A stretch of DNA of 64,000 bases from assembly GCA_047495785.1 (NCBI GenBank), contig JBLDXI010000001.1, positions 2,666,001 through 2,730,000 of the forward strand, read 5' to 3'. The stretch is from Lepidodermella squamata. Its lineage: Eukaryota > Animalia > Gastrotricha. Made by a program: the position numbers and the translations under genes. Under the pieces are notes generated by a model. It had not been told where the DNA came from, ran no database searches, and worked only from the letters and a program-made list of their open reading frames with translations. Of this stretch, positions 50,835 to 63,923 are shown one piece after another; within the stretch, counting starts at the first letter, position 1; each line of letters begins with the position of its first letter.

Positions 50835-53800
50835 TTAAAGCGAATTAGCTTGCTCGAAAGCGAGTTTTATATCGCGGTTCGGCTGCCTCCGGGCATCTTT
50901 CAGCCGACGAGTGCCCATTTTCTCGCGAAGAGCCTTCAAATAGGCCAAATCAGCGTCTTCTTGCGACTGCGTTGATTGTGAGCCGAGTTGTGGCGAAAAT
51001 GGGAGCGGCGATGGGGGTGTCGGGGGCGCCGGGCTCTGAGTGTCGTTGAACGATGGCCTGACAGGGGTAGCGATGACTTCGGGCTGTGTTTGCGGCTCGG
51101 AAGTAGGTGCAGGAGTTGGTTCTGCTTGCGACTGCCTAGCGGGCGATAGCGATTGCTCGACCGGCGATTGTTTCTCCTACATTTCAGGAATTTCGTGAAA
51201 ACAAAACATTCACACCGGTCAATAATTTCAACAGCGGCCTCCGGTTTTCACGTAGCAATTGCGAGACAACCACCAACTGAAGCATTGAAAACGCCGCTGC
51301 TGTTAAATTTCATGCGCCCTTGTACTTCACTGCAGAATAAGCGCGCATCACACGCACTTCGCTTAATAATCCCGTGTGGAATGTAGAGCTACGCGCCACC
51401 CTCAACGCTATAATCCCCAAAGGCTATTATACATACATTCGCACAAAAACGAGTGCTACTGGTGAATTTTCAAAAATAATTTCATCAACAAACAATAGCA
51501 CGATTCATTAGCAGCAGCTGCGGTAGGTCCGACTGCGCGGTGAATGCTAGGCGTAAATCTCCTTTCGGGCTATATATCGCAAGAAAACAACAAGCAAACA
51601 AGTGCGCTAAATTCGTAAACAAGAGACAACACCTGCAGAGAGCGCGCGTACTTTGCACGCCAAATTAAAGTATGGCAAGCCAAATTAGCGGCAAATCGCT
51701 AGGCAACGAATACCGAAGAGCGAATGGTAAATGACACAAAAACAGCAATAATATCAACGTAAATGGTATTATCTAGAAGTTGGCGGCTGCCTTGACGCAT
51801 AACAGAAATTAAAGTAAAAAGCAAAAATTACCGTTTCCAATGGTGACGAAACTTCGAGTCGCGATGTATTTGGAGAGAGTGATTGATCTAAGAGATCTCA
51901 TTTATTTCACTGATTTTAGAAGAAAACTTCAACAAACCCAGTTCTGGCGGCGAAAGAGGGGTGCGGAATTCTTGGACCTGGCATATTTGCATAGATCGAG
52001 CGATAGAGATGCCCTTTTGCTCGCAGAACGCAACGGCCTCACTCGATGCGATCAACATATTAACAGTATCACCTGATGCTTGAATTTTTTGAACAACCTA
52101 TTGGCATAAATTATGGAAATTTCACAGCTTCACGAAAGTTTTAAGATTGACTTACTGCGCCATGGGGATCGGTCATAATGTTATTATCATTGACAGCAAC
52201 GATCCTCCAACCGATGACGAGACCTCCGCACTCTGCTGGAGATCCAGGGTCGAGTTTTCCAATATAATGACCTGGTCGGTTTCTTTCGGCTTGCAGATGA
52301 AAACCATAGCCCTTGAATTTAGTCGGCCATTTAGACAGCTGACAGCTTCGAGGCACAGCAAGATCGCTAGGCCAGTGTACTTCTTCTGGCATTCGAGGAA
52401 TCGTTGCAGTGAGAGTAAGAGTGCCAAAATCCGTGCCAGGAGCACCTAATCGAAAAAATTCAAACGATTAAATAACAAATAAATGACAAGTAAATCAAGA
52501 CAAGCTACTTGCTAAAAACGAGACAAGCCAATTAAGTAAGCCTCAAGGGAAGCATCATCCAGCCAATTCGTACTGATTTGTTTGATTTTGCTCTTAGAGT
52601 TAGATTCAGGCGTGGGTCGTCAAGAAATTGACTCCCAACTTCCAGTAGATGAAAGGAGATGCAAAACTGTGACAATGAATTCCTTATTACGCATGAATTA
52701 CGCAAACAACTAGCAAAGACAAATGTCAAGCAGCAAAGGTTGTTTCTGGTTTTCTTTTTCAAAGGTCGAGGAGAAATAGCGACCAATACTGCTGGTGGAC
52801 ATCATAAGGGAATACGAAATAATTCGTTCAGCAAAGTAAAAACATGGGAAGATGAAACATGAGGCGAATATGGTTGCGCGAAAGTCTTGCAAACAACAGC
52901 AAGTTGGTACCTAATGACCAACAGAAAGATAATAATGCGCATCTTCCAAGAGAAAATCAATAGTTACGCTCGCGTGACGAGAAAACTGGCAAGTAACCCG
53001 AGACGCGGTTTTGCGCTCCGCAGTTCAAAATTACCGCCGAAATCGCCAGCAAAAATTAAAAACAATTAAGGAAATGAAAGGGAAAATTATACCTTGAATT
53101 TGTTTTCTCTCACGAGTAATAATGGGGAAATTATCAGCCGCAGTTTGCAGATCTTGTCCGTGACCTTGAACGGCCACGAGAAAAGCGTCGCCGGTCGCCA
53201 CCACGAATTCGACATCGTTTGGTTGGGCTGTCGGGTGTTCGAAATGTAATATAATCAGTATAATACGCTCTAGAATGCTCTGAAACCTGAAATTAGTGGC
53301 TTTACGTCGGTTACGGTCTTGTTGAATACGAAAGATCCGTTGATTTTGAATACGACCATTCCGACTTCTAGGCCAGACTCGAAAGCGGGCGAGTTGGCTT
53401 CGACTTTCGTCAACCGCAAATATCCAGGGTACCCTGAAATTAACCTTCAATATATATTTTTTAAGGAAGCAAACAATTTTCCGAACCATTTTGGCCTTGT
53501 TCGTACTTCAAGCCGAAACCGTATCCTCGAACTTCGGGAGCTTTGCTGACGTTGCATCTGTAAAGAGTAGTGGGGGCGGGCAAGGAACTCTCAATCGCCG
53601 GCGATACAGCTGCCGATTGAGGTGGAGTAAGTGAATTATAGACAGCCTCTTGAGCGACAGGAGTTGGTTGAACCGATTGACGAACTTGGGGTACTTAAGG
53701 GCAAATCAAAATTAATTAGCTTCGATTGTAAAATCGGAAGGGAGTATGAACCTGGGGCTTGGGAAGACGTCGTTTCAGTGAGCTGACTGGGCTCCGGCGC

Positions 53801-54683
53801 TGGGGGCTCCGAAACAGGTGGCTCAGGAGGGGGTTCGTGGGTTACGACATTTAATTCAGTTAGACTTTCTTCGAGACTTTTTCCGGCGTTGTTGAGCCAC
53901 TCAAGTGTCTCTTGGGATGCCACTGTAACCGATACTTCAGCACCGCTTGCTGCACGTGACGATAAAACAATAAACACTCAGTATAATTAAAATGAAAGTT
54001 ATACCTTTGATCATCTGCACAGTCTCTTGATATGAAATGTTTCTGACATTCGCTGAGTTGACTTGACACAACACTGAATCGGTTTTGATTCCACTCGCAA
54101 AGGCCGGCGTATTCGGCTCGATCTTAACCACGTATTTCAACCCTGTTGAGTGTGAGAAACGATGAAAATATAACTAACTTGACAGTTTATTGGGTATGCT
54201 ACCATTGGTCTTTTGACTGATGCTGAAACCAAAACCGCCGTAGTTTTTCCATTTCTTGAGGTGATGAATTGAAATAGGATGCGGCTGGTCTTCCTTCGAG
54301 AATGGCTTGGGCTGCGGCGTGATGGTGGCAGCTGGTTGGATAGAAGCGCTGAGTGTTTGGGTGTTGCTTCCAGGCTGGTTTTCTTTGTTTCCTTCTGCCT
54401 CAGCATCTGCTCGAGCGTAAGCAATATTCAATTTTCCACCCTGAGCTTTTTGAATTAGCTCGGCCACTCCTTTAACATTTTTGCCATACAAAGATTCGTT
54501 GTCGATCGCCAGCAAAATGTCACCAGCCTTCAATCCGCCGCGCGCTGCCGGACTATCTTCTTTAACATTTTTCACAGTTATTTGCTGCGTAACTGCAGAC
54601 TGGGAAACACCAAAGCCAAAGCTAGATTCTCCTTCATTTTTCTGAAGGACACAAGTCAAAATAGTCTGACCAATGCCAGTCAT
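50835..54683 (-). CDS. Four-PDZ scaffold, NHERF/PDZK1 family, with ERM-binding-like C-terminus
   Basis: Four carboxylate-binding loops (SFGFGV, GFGFSI, GYGFGL, GYGFHL), each followed by SPA/TPA...GL. PDZ4 PRSCQLSKWPTKFKGYGFHLQAE is NHERF-typical. Last exon ends LKALREKMGTRRLKDARRQPNRDIKLAFEQANSL*. Some internal exon boundaries are uncertain. Confidence 0.8.
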
Positions 54684-56346
54684 TGCTAAACCTAGATCAC
54701 ACACGGTAAATTGATGGGTTACTTCTAGAAAACAAATGGAGTGCGGATAAGTTGGGAACTTATTAGCAGAATCTATGCTTTATACGGTTGACTTGCCGGT
54801 AAAGCTTAACAAAGGCGGGGAGTGAAAACGCCTTGGTTTCTTATCGTGAGGTTTCAGCGGCTATTCACTATATAATATATGGTAAAAATAATAGTAATAA
54901 TAATAATAATGCCGGTGGTGGCATGCGATAATATCCGAAATTGCTCCAATGAGCTAACAACCATTACTACAGCAATTGGGGAAGTGCTTTGTTATGGAAG
55001 CTGAGTAGGTGTGAGTGACGCCTTCGCTATTGAGCACTGCGAACTACACGGAACATAGAAACTCCCAGTCTGTGAAAAAAGACGACTTTTTTATCGCAAT
55101 TTGTTGGGGTGCCATATGTACGGCCGCTCCTCTAAAGAAAAGTGAGCATTCGGTGCTATTATTTGACCGAAAAGCGGTTATAAAATGCATAAGCCAGCAA
55201 GCAGAGATAAGAGCCAACTCGACTCGGCGCGAATAATACAACATTTACATTACCCATTATGCCTTTCGATGCGATGAGATGCATGACATCTTGGTTGCTA
55301 CGCAGGATACGAAAACTGTGTACATGTTAGATGGAGTTACATTGTCGAGAGAGTGAGTAACGCAGAGGTATATTTTCTCTTTTCCGAACGGCCGCCTGCA
55401 AAGAAAGATGCGGAAAAAACACCGGTTGTTGTTGGAGTGGGCTAGCTCTTTCTAAACCAAGACATTGATATATTATTGAGAGACGATAATTTTCAGCCAG
55501 AGTAATGATCATGGAAGTAAGCAGGATACACGGTCATTATTTAGCAATCTTGACCGCAGGACACTCGAGCTGTCACTTAGTAAGTCGTCGAAGTACGAGC
55601 TTACAAAGAGCGCATAAAAACACCACGTGTTCGTGCCAAAAAACATGGGAAAACTTTGACGCGCGCGCTAAAAAGCTTACCGAAAAATCTCTAAAAATAA
55701 TGTTTCGTGACATAAACCAAAGGGTACTGTCGCCGATAATAGCACGGATGGCAAAATGGTATGCAAATGCATATTCATTATTTTCAAATTATTTTTATAT
55801 TATAACAATGCGCTAAGCTTTTGAGATTATATGCGGCGTTGGCAAATATATTGCAGCTTTTCATCTACCATTTAAAATGTACATGGCGTATATAGGTAAG
55901 TAGTGTTATTGATATAAAATTATTTTTGCGACAAAATACATGAGGTGTTGTATATTAGCGCTGCTTTATGCGCATTTTAAGAACACAGGTAAAAGTTATA
56001 GGTTGATACACATCGTGCGAAAGCGATGGTACTTGCGCCGAACAAGGCTGCCATTTGTAGTAGCAAATAGCCTGCGCGAGTCGTCCATAAGCGCATTTTA
56101 CGCGCATAGCGCTAAAAAATTGCAACAAACGCTTGATTATGCGCTAATTTTTGTTGCTATATAAACATTTCTGCGACTTTCCGGGGCATACCGCTGGCGT
56201 TATCACGGAAGTCTAGCACGGTCACGTTTATTATTTGGAAAATAATCGAGTCAGATAAGCAATTGTGTTCAAGTAAGCATAAAAAATAGGCTTGTAAACT
56301 ACAAAACATCATGCATATTTTGAAGTGCACTCAAAGAAGAAGGCGC

Positions 56347-57911
56347 CTACAAATAACCATCGTCCTCAAGTTGATCAATTTGAACTTGATGTTGGGCGAT
56401 GTCATTTTCAGAAGTATTGTTAGTCTCGACGAGGAGTTCACCTTCTGCAGGCTCCTGAGCCAACGTTTCATCACTCAGGGGGATTTCATCTTCAGCGAAG
56501 GATGAAATTCCAAGCTCCTTGAAGTCTGTGGTTAGTCGGTCAGGATCTTGGTCGTTTGTTTCTTCGTAATCAAAAGCTGGTGTCGCACTCAGCTGTCCAT
56601 CGTTTTCGTCCTCCACGCTTTCCAGGTTTTTGTTGCTGCCATTCAATTTTGTAACAGAGGCAGATACCGGGCGAAGATCCACATAGGATAAAGGAAAAGA
56701 ACCATCCCCTGTTTCGAAAACAACTTCGACGGCTTGATATTCATTCCAAGGATCAGCTGAGCCTTTTGCTGATTTTGAGCCATCCTTTGAAGCTGCTCGT
56801 GTTTGCTTTTCAGAGGCTGCAGGTGTTTGGCTTTCAGATGCCTAGAGAAAATTTCAATGATTTTGAAGAGTGCGGGGGATGTAACATTAAAATCAAAACT
56901 AACCTTTTGCTCTTCAGGATCCTTTGGTATGAGAGCTTCGGCGCTCAGTAAAGCGGCATGATGCTGAGCGAGTAACTGCTGCCTTTCGATGGGATCTCTC
57001 TTTGGTGGCGGTGTCGGAGGTCCTCCCGGTCTGGAAAATGGGAATATGCTTTAATCTTTCTTCGGCTAAATTCTAATAAATCAACCTAGACGATAACGGC
57101 GCTGATCGTGACACTTGGAAATAAAGAATCTTTCCTCTTTTCGACGCCTCCGTATTCCAGAACTCTTTACGCCACTGTGAGAAGTAAGGCTCCGACGTAG
57201 CGTTGGCCGAAGGGGAAGGAATAATGGTACCAGGCGTCATTGGCACACTGTCGATGCTATTCATTATAGTATTGGGTGTATTAGGGAGCGTTCCATTTAA
57301 TACAGGCGTATTAGGCGCCGCTGAGCAACACATCAGATTGGACGTGGGCGATGGTGGTCGAGGCGAACGAAGAAAAGCGAATTTACCACTGGCGAACGAA
57401 TTTGAAGCAGCGAACTTCGACAATTGCTCGGTAGGTGTTTGTGTAACGAATATTGTTGACAGTGCATTAGAACTGGGTGGTGGGGAGGATGGGGAGTTTG
57501 TACCATGATTATGCAGACTTCCATCTGTCCGCTCTCGGTTTAATAAAATATTTCGTCCTCGAGCTTGTCTTTGAACAGATCGTATCTCTCTCTCTTGTTT
57601 CTGAAATAGTGTAAAATGCGATTCAACATGACACGGCATTACAAACAGTAAACGCACGACGGCTGAAGGAAAGTTATTATCATTGATCTTTGAGCCAGCA
57701 GCCTTTGCTAAATAATCTACCAATGCCTGGTATTATGATCAATTATTAGGAAAAATGAAAAGTTATTGTGGGTGTGTACCTTTCTTCGGGTTTCCGAGGC
57801 TGTTCGGGATACAAACGAAGGACGATATCGACTAGCCCATACAGGAGCATTGCTGTTGCGGGTCGGCTTAATGACAGCATAAGGTAGTGACAGAAGGGCG
57901 GGATCATTCAT
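56347..57911 (-). CDS. Uncharacterised 5-exon protein, Pro/Ser-rich with acidic C-terminus
   Basis: Five segments join in frame through four ~55-nt GT-AG introns (MNDPALL...RRK|ALVDY...SAV|KQERE...SSR|PGGPPTPPPKRD...EQK|ASES...EDDGYL*). No recognised domain. Confidence 0.65.
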
Positions 57912-58109
57912 TTCGCATATTTTTCAGGCCCTAAAACAGATAGCGAGTTGACCTGAGGAAAATATCTTATTGCAAGGTTCGCAATAAAGAAAAGTTGGGA
58001 AGGGCGTAAATTATCCAAGACAGATTTAATGGGTGGTCTCGGAATTCATCAATATAGTGAAGTTATAATAAATATTAAAAATGCTCCTTTACAGGTGTTT
58101 CTAGCCAGT

Positions 58110-58860
58110 AAATAGCCCTTTTATTCAAGTCTAGTCGCGCGATTGTGATTATTCCATCACTGCACCTGGCAACCTAACGCGTGAAAAACTCAATGCAATC
58201 CTACTTGTATAAAAGCTTTTCAATTAGAAAAGCAGCGGTGATGTGGATTTTAAAAGCCGATGAGGGTGAGGCAGGAAGTTCATTCGAAATGTGTAAAGCG
58301 AGGAGAAATGAGGAAGTGGAACACTCTTTAGCAAGCATGTTTGGTTTCAACCACTGGCACAGATCACCGCATAAAAATTGGAAGTACCTCATTTTCCCTG
58401 CTCAACATTCGCAACCTAAGCGAAATTTGTCAATAGAGGTTGCGTTTTGAAAGTCCAGGTCATCATTTTCTGATTATCTAAGCCAGGCCTAGTCCACGCA
58501 GTCAACGTCATTCGCCACGTAAAATTTAGTTTTCGGTTTTTCGGCTCAGTCATATACGTCTGTTCTGCACGAATTGTCAATGAACAATTCCCCATCATTC
58601 AATGCTTTACCCCTCAACATTTCCTGGGATTTAAATGAAATCTGAGAACGATGGCGCAGTGGAAATATTAGGTCACTTTTAGCTTCCAGGAATATTTGTT
58701 TTCGGCCATATTTTTCACAGAGGGTTGCATTCATAACAGGCCTTAGCAGCTGCGTTATACGCTTTCGGGGCCCTTTCCACCACGTTATTTCTCTTTGCAG
58801 TAAGCACACTTGAGCGAAAGAATTAGGCCACCACTACGACAAAAAACACGTTGAATGGCC
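58110..58860 (-). mobile_element. Possible decayed CR1-like LINE 3' portion
   Basis: Frameshifted fragments NVVERAPKAY, FLEAKSDLIF and HISNELPASPSSAFK occur in the order of the LINE ORF2 tail motifs (LERVQR, LExRRxxxDLI, WNxLP...SFK), followed by AATAAA. Confidence 0.35.
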
Positions 58861-60698
58861 TGCATCTAGTCAAGAGTCAAGTATAAATTCAAATTTTATC
58901 GAACTGTTACTTTGACAAAAGTCAACAAAAAGGATACTTCTTATCTCAATTGACTGAATTGATTTATTAAAACTTCAGGATTTTTAACTTTACCTATAAA
59001 TAAATTTCCCACAGCAACATTATTCTACAGCTTGCAACTTGCCTCAATTATTAGTGGCGGAGCGAATCAGTCAATTCGATGGTTGTATTATTTTGCAGTG
59101 GCATAAGTGTGCCTTCCACATTTCTTTTGAATCGACTAATAGCATGCGAGTATTTCACTTCAAACGACAACTGGAATTTCAGAGTTGTCGGAAGAAAACA
59201 ACCACGGTTGAAAATTGAAAATTGTTAAGTATTATGTTTATCCTTTTCAATTTTTTTCAAAGTGGGGCTTCCTGGGCACCTGTCCCGCGTACCAATGCCC
59301 GTGAGTTTATCGACTTCGAGGCTCCCAGAACGCTCTGAGTACTGGTCAAGAATGAGAAAAAGCTTATTATTATCACACTAGCTTCGGTTTTAATATGAAC
59401 GTTTATCGAGAAAAATTCAGAAGTGTCGAGTCATATCGTGCTGAATGCTGAAGAAAATGCTGCTCCTTGCTCTAACGTTCTGGGACTAAGACGTAATTTC
59501 TCTTGGCGCGAAGCTGACAATCAGAAATATAAAATTGAACATTCGAACAAATAAGGCGAGTAGAGCCACGTTAGGATATAGCGGAAAAGCTTTTAATGAC
59601 ATTTTTTGCATCGCTTCACACAACATCAATTCACAGCATCCTCAATCCACAATCTTGAGATGCGAAACACCTGCTGATGTAGAGCCTGCAACTCCCAAGG
59701 AAAAGACAATGAATGGTTTTGAATCTGCTGGTATAAAATTCGTCCCGATTCCCGATGCTTAACCGAGCCGAATGGATGATTTTAGCTAAAAAAATCGTCA
59801 CGGTTGACTGGGCATTGGCTGAAGCGGCAATAAAAACCTCCATTTATCTATATAAAAGTTTAAAAAAATATTTATTGTTTACATAAAGCTTGTTTATTGT
59901 ATGTATGAAAAATTGACCTTGACTGAACTTTTGGCGCTATTTATTTATCAGCATCACTTCTTCTCGCTTTATCGCAGTTTTTCGGGTTTTTTCGTTATCT
60001 CTCTAAGCAGGTTGCTGATCCCAGATCGGAGGTGATATAGAGAAACTAAATCTACAGAGAAACGGTTAGAGCATTTGACATGTGGTGGATGTGATCGAAA
60101 CTTTTACTGCCATTAGCAGCTGGTCACTGGTCAAGGTGTCTTTCGCACCTTGAAGTTCATAGTTATGTGCCTTTTAACCAGCAGCCAAGTTGCGGTCACA
60201 TTTTGTCTCATTTTCTGTAGCCATCTTGTAACATGTGCCTACAAATTATTACTTCTCTATTCGCCCCGCAGGAAGTAACTTCAGGCTGAAACACGTGATC
60301 GCGCGGTAAGAGCGTTCTTCGAACTGCTGGTATATCTTTAAACTTCCAATTAACTTCCAAAGTAACTTTTAAAACCGTGTATTATAATGCCTCATATGTA
60401 TTTTCTTGATGAGAGCTTTGTGTTCGCTTATTACAGTTATCATCATGTAGTTCGGATGCCTGCATGGATAAGTAGTGGCAATGTCATTTGTTTAGAGCCT
60501 CAATAGGTCGATTTTATCATGAAAGCATTCTACTTTAATAAGAGAGCAGTAAGTGGCAAAGATAATTCCAAACAGAGCAGTCGCGCGGAAGCGCCAAGTC
60601 TTGAGTTGAGCTCACCCCTGTGTAACATGTTGACTTAAACCCCGATCGAAAATTGGTCATTGGTCAGAGAGTGATTAATGAATTTTGATCCTCGATCT

Positions 60699-61357
60699 GA
60701 CTGAAGGTGACTTCGCCGTTTCAGATTCCAGACGCTATGAAATGCTTCCCAAGCAATTGCTTCCAAAGCAACTGCTTCCCAATCACTGCTCTAGAAGCAA
60801 AGTGCTTCCCAAACAGGTAAATAAACATGGCGTAACAATCACTGCTTCAGAAGCAGTTGCTTCCAAAGCAAATGCTTCCCAAGCAGAGTTTCGCGATTTT
60901 TCACCGCTGAGCCACATAAGTAATAAGTAATAGGAAATCGCAAGTAAAGCCGAAAATTGGATTGTTAAATTCCGAGCTAATGCTTCTCGATCAAACTCAT
61001 CCTTCGCCCTGGGTCCTAGCCGCCCTCCATTCAGATGTGAAATAAAACATATTTTTCATTAGCTTTTTATGTTACCGTTTAATTCCTTGATCGATCGGTT
61101 GATTGATCATGCAACGGATCCTTGCTCCGTGTGGCCTACAACCCGCGGTAACAGGGCTAAATAGTGAATTTCCTAAAAATTCAGCTTGCTTGAAAAGTAG
61201 TGCTTCCCAATCAATTGCTTGGGAAGCAGTTGATTGGGACGCAATGCTTGAGAAGCAGTGCTCTGTAAGCGTGCTGCTTGGGAAGCAGTTGCTTTGGAAG
61301 CAATTGCTTGGGAAGCATTTCATAGCGTCTGGAATCTGAAACGGCTCGCCTTTAGTC
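60699..61357. mobile_element. Foldback-type element with long inverted arms made of ~15-bp TGCTTCCCAAGCAAT-like repeats
   Basis: GCCGTTTCAGATTCCAGACGCTATGAAATGCTTCCCAAGCAATTGCTTCCAAAGCAACTGCTTCCCAA (from 60715) is mirrored exactly, ending at 61345, and extends outward with an indel. No clear TSD. Confidence 0.85.
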
Positions 61358-61424
61358 GAATTATAATGTTTGTTTGTAATTTGTTTGAACTTAGCTTACA
61401 TTCGCCCACACTAATTGTTACACA

Positions 61425-62291
61425 ATGTGTATATTGTTTGTGGCGTTGGGGCAAAGTAAACGATACCCTGTAATCATTGCTTCTAATCGCGACGAATACA
61501 TCAAACGCGAAACGGCCCTTGCGCACTTTTGGAAGCGAGATAATGGTGACCGGGTTATCGGCGGTGTCGACCTAGAAGCAGGTGGAACGTGGCTAGCTGT
61601 TTCTGATCGCGGGAAAGTTGGAATAATTTTGAACTGTGTTCAGCCCGTAGCGCCGACGGAAGGTTTTCTCTCGCGAGGCGAGATTGTCACTAAATTTGTC
61701 GACGATCAGAGTTCCGACACGGAGGCATTCAAAGCTAGCCTGTTGCAAACTTGCGATCATTATAAGCCTTTCAATTTTGTCGGAATATCAATCAAGCCGG
61801 CCATTGTTCAACCTTCGGCTTTTACGGTCACAAAGCCAACGGAGAGTGAAAAAGGTTATTCGAAGATACTGCCAGATGGTTTTCACGTTGTTGGGAATTT
61901 GCCGGTCGGCTCTGACGTGCACCTGAAGAAAATGGAGCATGGCAAATCACTTTTCCAAACTATTGTAGAAAAGTTTGAGGCAGATGAAACAGCAGGCTTT
62001 GAGACGCTTCATCAAAGTCTAGCAAATGATCTTCTCTGTGATCGAACGTGCTGCTTTCCAGATGCAGAGCTTGAAAGAATTTGGAAAAAGCATGAAATAG
62101 AGCATTTGAAGTCAATTGCTCGAGTTTTTGTGTCAATCGGATCCGTTTATCAAACGAGGTGCAGTACTATTGTGGCGATTGACAACGAAGGAATGTGCCA
62201 CTTTGTTGAATACACATGGGCGTTGGCCGACGAAGTTTCACAACCTAAGGCCACGCACGTTACTCGAGAATCATTCAAACTCGCAAAATAG
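61425..62291 (+). CDS. TANGO2: Transport and Golgi organization 2 homolog (NRDE family, intronless)
   Basis: MCILF start, ASNRDEY..RET, GGVDLEAGGTWLA, SRGEIV..F, Y.PFN, YQTRCSTIV. Confidence 0.95.
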   Translation: MCILFVALGQSKRYPVIIASNRDEYIKRETALAHFWKRDNGDRVIGGVDLEAGGTWLAVSDRGKVGIILNCVQPVAPTEGFLSRGEIVTKFVDDQSSDTEAFKASLLQTCDHYKPFNFVGISIKPAIVQPSAFTVTKPTESEKGYSKILPDGFHVVGNLPVGSDVHLKKMEHGKSLFQTIVEKFEADETAGFETLHQSLANDLLCDRTCCFPDAELERIWKKHEIEHLKSIARVFVSIGSVYQTRCSTIVAIDNEGMCHFVEYTWALADEVSQPKATHVTRESFKLAK

Positions 62292-62378
62292 ATTTTAATA
62301 TTTATTAATGCGCTTTGCACGTGAATACCCAATCTTTAGTAAATTCTATGATTTGAAGATATTTTAGGGTGTTTAAAA

Positions 62379-63799
62379 ATGCCTATGAATAGATATCGGC
62401 TGTTCAAGCAGCTGTGGAACAATCGTTATCCAGTGAGAGTATGGGGTAAAGACGTTATCCCGCCGGTTATTAAAGAAAAAGGTAAGTGAATAGCTTCACA
62501 ACTCTGAAGAACTTCATATTATAACTTCGTAGGTATTCCGGTGATCGATCCCACTGTTCCGAAGCCTCAAGAGGAAATATCATGGCAACCACCTGTTCCA
62601 GACGATCCTCGTTTCAAGCGATTTTATCCTCCCAAAGATCCAAAAACTCACCCGCATTGGCACGAGAAACCTGCAGTGTCTTTCGGCTACCCAGGGCAGT
62701 TGCTGAGTGGCGTAAAACAAGCTCAAGCAATAACCAACACCGTGATTTATTCAAGTCTTCCGTCTTTATATGCGTCAATTAGTGGCGAATTGAATGAGCA
62801 TCAGGATCAGTTGGTTCAACGACTGGCTTTGCAAGCTCACAAATGGTTCCCGGGCAGAGATCGCCTGCCGAAGCATTTCTGGCCAGAGTTTCCGAATTTC
62901 AAACTTCGGTCAGAGAAAGGAATTCTACGCGAAGATACGCTGTAAGTCATTGTTAACCAAAAACAATCCGCCTTAAAGCCCTATTTTTTAGGCGAATGTT
63001 TCTGCATAATTTACTGCATTTTTGCGCTGTTTCTGCGGGGCAAAAAGACATTGCGACGCTGTTGAAAAGACGGTTGATTTACGATCCTCAAATTGTGGCT
63101 TCTTATGACGTTTTAGCGTCAAATGGTGAGACGCGCAAAATTCTAGTTCGCGGAACTCATGCAGCGGCGATTTCATCGATTGTCCCGATTCCTGCGTTTT
63201 CATCTTCTCAAGAAGTGAAATCGACGAGTAAAGCTGAGTTGCCGGGTCTGGGTCCAGTTTCCCCATTCATCGATCTTGAGCCTGAGAATATTTACCCGAA
63301 CGACTCAAATGGATGGATTTCGACGGAGAAATCGAATTTAGATTCGATCCGTTACCCGCATACGTTGTTTTTGTTTAACAAAGAGGCGCTTTGGACCCAG
63401 GAGGATTTCGAGAAGGAACCATGGACTAAAGAACAGCGCGATGCAAGGGCAATTCTATTCACCCATGCTTGGTGTGTGTCTTACGCGAAACAGCTGTACG
63501 GCAATGATGTGAAAGCCTTGCCGAAACCGGTTACTGCTCAATGCGTTCAGACCGATGGCGAGTCGCTGCATTTCCTCTGCTACCAGTTGAACACACTGGA
63601 CCCGGCTCGTCAAAGTGCTGCTGTTAAAAACCAGGCGTGGATTGATAACGGTGAAAGTTCGCTGTTCGTCAAAACAATTCTGCCGAAGCAATTTGCTCGC
63701 CAGGCAACTTATACTGATTTCGAACCAGCCGTGCTCAACCGCTTCGTGTCATTCTACGTCAATGGCTGTGAACAGCTTGCCAAACCAGCCACCGCTTGA
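62379..63799 (+). CDS. MRPL37: Mitochondrial ribosomal protein mL37 (3 exons)
   Basis: GVKQAQAITNT and LPKPVTAQCVQTDG..LHFLCYQLNTLD...VKNQAWID match mL37. Introns start at 62482 and ~62943. Confidence 0.9.
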
Positions 63800-63923
63800 C
63801 ATTGTTGCTCAAAAACAGTCAATAAATCAATCAAAGCGTTGTGCGATGAAATTTTATATAAATCGTGATGAATAAATAGAACGCATTTATTGTTTGATTT
63901 TCAAACATTTTTCGAGTCTCGAT

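Noticed and set aside
59260-59762. Small plus-strand gene
   Set aside because: Could not assemble a start-to-stop model, although an exon-like end followed by AATAAA is present.
60740-61320. CRISPR-like array or coding LLPKQ repeats
   Set aside because: Eukaryotic context, no spacers, and the repeats are the mirrored arms of a foldback element.
46400-62291. Heme/iron gene cluster (SLC49, ABCB8, TANGO2)
   Set aside because: Heme roles of FLVCR-type proteins and TANGO2 are contested, unrelated genes are interspersed, and the sequence gives no evidence of co-regulation.
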